Assembly (NCBI GenBank): GCA_964595655.1
Contig: CAZQQV010000001.1
Span: forward strand, 1-58,571
Source of the DNA: an uncultured Caldimicrobium sp.
GTDB taxonomy: Bacteria > Desulfobacterota > Thermodesulfobacteria > Thermodesulfobacteriales > Thermodesulfobacteriaceae
Direction: 5' to 3'
DNA length: 58,571 bases
How positions within the stretch are numbered: the first letter of the stretch is position 1; every line of letters starts with the position of its first letter. Below are positions 54,888 to 58,571 of this stretch, piece after piece. The notes beneath the pieces were generated by a model. It saw nothing but the letters and a program-made list of their open reading frames with translations. It had not been told where the DNA came from and did not search any database. The position numbers and the translations under genes are program-made.

Positions 54888-55718
54888 CTAAAAAAGCTTT
54901 TTAAGAATTTCTATGGCTTCTTCTTTGGTTAGAGGAAGTTTTGGCAAAGATTTTTTAAAGGGCTTGAAAATCTCTGTTGGAAGAGGGGCTCGAAGGCTTA
55001 ATGCTTCATGATTAGAGGTATTTACAAAAAATTCATAGGGGCTTCCATAAAAGACCATTTTACCCTCTTTAAGAACTACCACTTTATCTGCAAAATAGGG
55101 AACAAGATCCACATTATGGGTGGCCATTATAAAAGAATAACCCCCTTTTTTTAGATTAATAAGCATATCAAGGAAATTTTTTTCAAGGACTGGGTCAAGG
55201 CCAAGAGTTGGCTCATCAAGTAATAAAATTTCATGCCCCATGGCAATTAATCCAGCAAGAGCGACCCTCTTTTTTTCCCCAAAACTTAAATGCTGAATAG
55301 ATCTTCCTTCATAGCCAGAAAGAGAGACAAGTTTAAGAGCCTTTGAAACAGCCTCCTTTACTCTTTCCTCATCAAAGCCCATATTTCTTGGCCCAAAGGC
55401 TACATCCTCAAAAACTGTCTCTGCAAAAAGCTGTTCCTCAGGATTCTGAAATAAAAGACCCATCTTAGAATAAATCTCACGAGAACTAAGATTTTTTATA
55501 TCTCTTCCATCTAATAATATCTCACCTTCATAATTTTTAAGAAGCCCATCTATGACCTTAAGAAGGGTAGTTTTTCCTGCTCCACTTGCCCCAAGAAGGG
55601 CAATACCCTCACCCTTGCTGAGCTCAAAGGCAATATCTTGAAGTCTAAATTGATTTTGGTAGCTAAATTTTTTTAGCTTTACCCTAAGTCTTATAGAATT
55701 ATCCAAAGAAATACCCAT
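54888..55718 (-). CDS. cbiO: ECF transporter ATPase CbiO/NikO
   Basis: GASGAGKTT, FQNPEEQLF..TV.EDVAFGP, LSFGEKKRVA, DEPT. Confidence 0.9.
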   Translation of the reverse strand: MGISLDNSIRLRVKLKKFSYQNQFRLQDIAFELSKGEGIALLGASGAGKTTLLKVIDGLLKNYEGEILLDGRDIKNLSSREIYSKMGLLFQNPEEQLFAETVFEDVAFGPRNMGFDEERVKEAVSKALKLVSLSGYEGRSIQHLSFGEKKRVALAGLIAMGHEILLLDEPTLGLDPVLEKNFLDMLINLKKGGYSFIMATHNVDLVPYFADKVVVLKEGKMVFYGSPYEFFVNTSNHEALSLRAPLPTEIFKPFKKSLPKLPLTKEEAIEILKKLF

Positions 55719-56404
55719 ACCATAAGTATTATCACCAAAAGAAAAATCTCAATTTCTTTGATAGGTTCAATAGATAAAACAAGATTATTAAAATTAAACC
55801 CCCTTTGTTGCATGCTTTGAAGGGTATTCTCTGAATGTTCTAAAGCCCTGAAAAATGAAGCCTGAGCAAGATATTTTAAAGATCTCAAAGTTTTTCTAAC
55901 GCTTGAATACCCAAGTCTATTTTTTTGCGTAAGATAAATTACAAACATATCTTCTTTTAGGAGAGATATAAATTTGAAGCTCAAAAATAACAATTCTTGA
56001 AAAAAAGAAGGAATTTTTAGCCAATTCATTAATTTAAGAATTTCAAAAAAAGAAAGGGAAGCTTGAAAAAATAAAAAAAGGCTAAAGGCAGATAAAACCC
56101 TAAGCCCTAAAAAGAGATTCTCTTTTAAAAGAATTATTGTATGCTCCAAAGAAGAAAAATCCAGACTTTTAATAAGAACCAAAAGAAAAGCTACAAAGAG
56201 GGGTTCAAGAAAAATAGACCCAAATTCCTTTAATCTAAGGTTCCTGTTAAGTAAACAACAAAAATGAACTAAAAAGACAAGGCTTAAAAAAAGCGAATTT
56301 TTTGAAACCAAAATCAATAGAAGAAGCCCACAAAAATAAAGAAATCTTATTTTTAAATTAATCCTTTTGAAAAAGGCTTGATGAGATATCTCTTGAAGGT
56401 GCAT
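55691..56404 (-). CDS. cbiQ: ECF transmembrane T component CbiQ/NikQ
   Basis: TM-rich, LKIP, Q.NRLG and SMQQRG Arg motifs; operon context. Confidence 0.82.
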   Translation of the reverse strand: MHLQEISHQAFFKRINLKIRFLYFCGLLLLILVSKNSLFLSLVFLVHFCCLLNRNLRLKEFGSIFLEPLFVAFLLVLIKSLDFSSLEHTIILLKENLFLGLRVLSAFSLFLFFQASLSFFEILKLMNWLKIPSFFQELLFLSFKFISLLKEDMFVIYLTQKNRLGYSSVRKTLRSLKYLAQASFFRALEHSENTLQSMQQRGFNFNNLVLSIEPIKEIEIFLLVIILMVWVFLWIIL

Positions 56405-56660
56405 TTTGGCCTTCGCTTAAAAGTTTTCGCCAGTAATAGCCAGCAACAAAACCTGCAAGCCCTGAAAATAAGGAAAAAACAAAAAGCTCTGTATCTCCTT
56501 CAAGATTAAAAATACTCTTTGGAGCTCTTCCCCTTTCCTCTGCAATTTTCTCAATAACAGCTTCATCAATTCCCTTCCATTTTTCCTCTTTTTCCTCTGC
56601 CATAACAGTGCCAGCAAAAAGGAAAATCAGGCCAAATATTAATAACCCAACCTTTTTCAT
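56358..56660 (-). CDS. Small accessory Co/Ni ECF component (CbiN/NikN-like)
   Basis: N-terminal signal/TM, W.G.DE.VIEK.A, C-terminal TM ending GYYWR; lies between cbiM and cbiQ. Confidence 0.7.
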   Translation of the reverse strand: MKKVGLLIFGLIFLFAGTVMAEEKEEKWKGIDEAVIEKIAEERGRAPKSIFNLEGDTELFVFSLFSGLAGFVAGYYWRKLLSEGQNAPSRDISSSLFQKD

Positions 56661-57334
56661 TTAGCCACCTCTTTTATAGTTTTTAAACCTTCAAAGGCAA
56701 AAAGATCTTTTCTTCTTCGATATATAGCCATAACAATAGCACCTGTGATAACTCCTTCAAGAATTCCAAGGGGAGCCTGAGTGGGAATAAAGGCTATAAG
56801 AACTTTTAAGAAGAGTGAAGAAAAGGGCTCACTTCCCCTTAAGGCAATAGCAAGTTGAAAGGCTGTGATAAGATAGGTCATCCAGTCTGCAAGAAGGCCT
56901 GCAAGAAAGCCCGTTAAGTAAAGAGAAGGATTAAGCTTTTGAAAAAGTCTAATAATAAGATAGGCAGAAAAACTTCCCCCTATAGCCATGGAAAAGACAT
57001 TAGCCCCAAGAGTAGAGAGCCCTCCATGGGCAAGAAAAAGCGCCTGAAGAAGGAGAACTATAAAACCTGAGACTATGCTTCCTGAAAGACCTAACACAAA
57101 AACAGCTACTGCCACTCCTACTGGATGAGAACAAGTGCCAGCAAAAGGAACAGGAATGGGAATAACAGAAAAGAGAAATACTAAGGCTGTGATAAAGGCA
57201 AAAATTGCCTTTTTTTCAGGCTGAGTCTCTATTTCCTCTTTAAGTTTTTTAACACTTAAAACAAGAAAAGATGCAGTTACTCCCCACCAGGCTATAGCCC
57301 AGTTTAATGGCAATATCCCTTCAGAAATATGCAT
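56657..57334 (-). CDS. cbiM: Co/Ni ECF substrate component CbiM
   Basis: N-terminal MHISEG metal-binding motif, GTCSHP.G, QALFLAHGGL..LGAN, PTQ.PL...EG. Confidence 0.93.
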   Translation of the reverse strand: MHISEGILPLNWAIAWWGVTASFLVLSVKKLKEEIETQPEKKAIFAFITALVFLFSVIPIPVPFAGTCSHPVGVAVAVFVLGLSGSIVSGFIVLLLQALFLAHGGLSTLGANVFSMAIGGSFSAYLIIRLFQKLNPSLYLTGFLAGLLADWMTYLITAFQLAIALRGSEPFSSLFLKVLIAFIPTQAPLGILEGVITGAIVMAIYRRRKDLFAFEGLKTIKEVAK

Positions 57335-57347
57335 TTCTATCCCCCAA

Positions 57348-57392
57348 ATATGGTAATTTTTGTTACCATATCATTTTTTTTTAACTTGTCAA
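57348..57392 (-). promoter_or_regulatory. cbiM promoter overlapped by a perfect 9-6-9 palindromic operator
   Basis: TTGACA-16 nt-(TGn)TATGGT; ATATGGTAA-N6-TTACCATAT at 57348-57371. Confidence 0.7.
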
Positions 57393-57427
57393 GGGAAAAT
57401 GTAAATTTAAAAAAGAGTAATAATAAT

Positions 57428-57454
57428 AGAAAGGGGGCACCGGAAGATGCCCCC
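57428..57454 (-). terminator. Intrinsic terminator after the cytochrome c peroxidase gene
   Basis: GGGGGCATC-TTCC-GGTGCCCCC followed by TTTCT on the minus strand. Confidence 0.75.
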
Positions 57455-57482
57455 AAAAAGACTCTCTTTGCTTTGAAAAAGA

Positions 57483-58559
57483 TTAATATTTAGGCTTGGG
57501 AGTCTTTGGAGAGGAAGCTGGAAGTACTGGGAGCTCAAGTGCGTGTTTGGGAATCTCACCTTCAAGCGCCTTGAAGAAGGCCATAATTTTTTTAATTTCA
57601 TCTTTGTTTAGCTCTTTACCATACTGAACACGAGCCATAATCTGAGTTGCAGCTTCAAGATCCCACACAGATCCGTCATGGAAATAGGGATAAGTTTTGG
57701 TGATATTTCTTAATGAAGGCACTTTGAAGATATATAGATCGGCTTGGTTGTGGGTTACTGCAAATCTTCCTACATCCATTGGCATGGTGGGTTTATCAAG
57801 GGTTACGAAATCTTTTACGGCATTCCAATAAGCCTCAACTATGCCAAACTTAGCCATCATGGTTCCACCTACAGCAGGACCATTATGACAGCTTGCACAT
57901 CCAGCTTCAATAAAAACTTTTAGGCCTTCTTTTTCTTCATTTGTTAAGGCATTTAAGTCACCTTGTAAGAATTTGTCAAACCTTGAAGGAGTCACCAAGG
58001 TTCTTTCAAAAGCAGCAATAGCTTTGGCTACATTGTCATAATTAAGGGGGTCTTTCTCTCCTGGAAAGGCCTTTTTGAAGAGCTCCACATACTCAGGAAT
58101 TGATTTAAGTCTCTTGACAACCTCCTCGGGAGAGTCCATGGCCATCTCAATGGGATTTAAGATAGGCCCTTTGGCCTGTTCTTCAACATCTTTGGCTCTG
58201 CCATCCCAAAACTGATTTATATGAAGCGCAGCATTATAAACGGTAGGGGCATTTCTTGGCCCAATTTGCCATTTATGTCCAATGGAAGTTGGTAAATTAT
58301 CTACTCCATACATGGCTAAATTGTGACAAGAATTACAGCTTATAAACCCGCTCTTTGATAGCCTTGGATCATGATAAAGCATTTTTCCGAGTTCCACTTT
58401 TTCCTTGGTGACAGGATTTTCTTTACTATCAACAACTTTTGGAAGGGGTTGAAAATACTTCTTTGCCTCCTCAAGAAGCTTCACATCCTCTGAATTACTT
58501 GCTCCTAAAAGTGTCAAACTTCCAAGTATAGCGGCAACCGCTGCCACAACCTTCCTCAT
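57483..58559 (-). CDS. Di-heme cytochrome c peroxidase (CcpA/MauG family)
   Basis: Signal peptide, DPRLS..ISCNSCH, RNAPTV, QFWDGRA, NPIEM, CASCH, FKVPSLRN, PYFHDG. Confidence 0.95.
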   Translation of the reverse strand: MRKVVAAVAAILGSLTLLGASNSEDVKLLEEAKKYFQPLPKVVDSKENPVTKEKVELGKMLYHDPRLSKSGFISCNSCHNLAMYGVDNLPTSIGHKWQIGPRNAPTVYNAALHINQFWDGRAKDVEEQAKGPILNPIEMAMDSPEEVVKRLKSIPEYVELFKKAFPGEKDPLNYDNVAKAIAAFERTLVTPSRFDKFLQGDLNALTNEEKEGLKVFIEAGCASCHNGPAVGGTMMAKFGIVEAYWNAVKDFVTLDKPTMPMDVGRFAVTHNQADLYIFKVPSLRNITKTYPYFHDGSVWDLEAATQIMARVQYGKELNKDEIKKIMAFFKALEGEIPKHALELPVLPASSPKTPKPKY

Positions 58560-58571
58560 ACCTCTCCTCCT

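Noticed and set aside
179-57601. Numerous short antisense or alternative-frame ORFs (e.g. 179-532, 2204-2623, 7644-8108, 8909-9355, 46324-46752, 57407-57601)
   Set aside because: Largely or fully overlap well-supported genes, with no motifs or SD; treated as shadow ORFs.
1-58571. CRISPR arrays, tRNA/rRNA genes, IS elements, prophage
   Set aside because: No regularly spaced repeats, cloverleaf motifs, transposase, integrase or phage genes seen on manual reading; the intergenic gaps are short.

Overview
AT-rich bacterial chromosomal window. Gene content (rpoN-hpf-rapZ, multiheme cytochrome, Sec codon, deltaproteobacterial-type hybrid CheA) suggests a thermophilic Thermodesulfobacteriota/Desulfobacterota-like anaerobe; this is an inference. 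About 60 CDS, mostly housekeeping (lptAB, rpoN, gap, nusB, cmk, glmS, hflX, ftsEX, apgM, asd, cbiMQO, cytochrome c peroxidase). I found no rRNA, tRNA, CRISPR array or transposase. Highlights: (1) an unannotated 67-aa CxxC-U-CxxC selenoprotein with a SECIS hairpin, coupled between Mrp/ApbC and apgM; (2) an organoarsenic/arsenosugar-type cluster with an ArsM-ArsS fusion, exported rhodanese, Fe-S/DedA fusion and two glycosyltransferases; (3) an RND permease fused to its outer-membrane factor through an internal lipoprotein signal (possible polyprotein); (4) a 1370-aa PPDK-like dikinase lacking the pyruvate domain, flanked by two GAPDH paralogues; (5) flaG split at an in-frame A_AAA_AAG slippery site; (6) a DnaJ-like gene inside cheA-cheW; (7) several apparently leaderless transcripts; (8) two apparently disarmed MNT-HEPN toxin-antitoxin modules.
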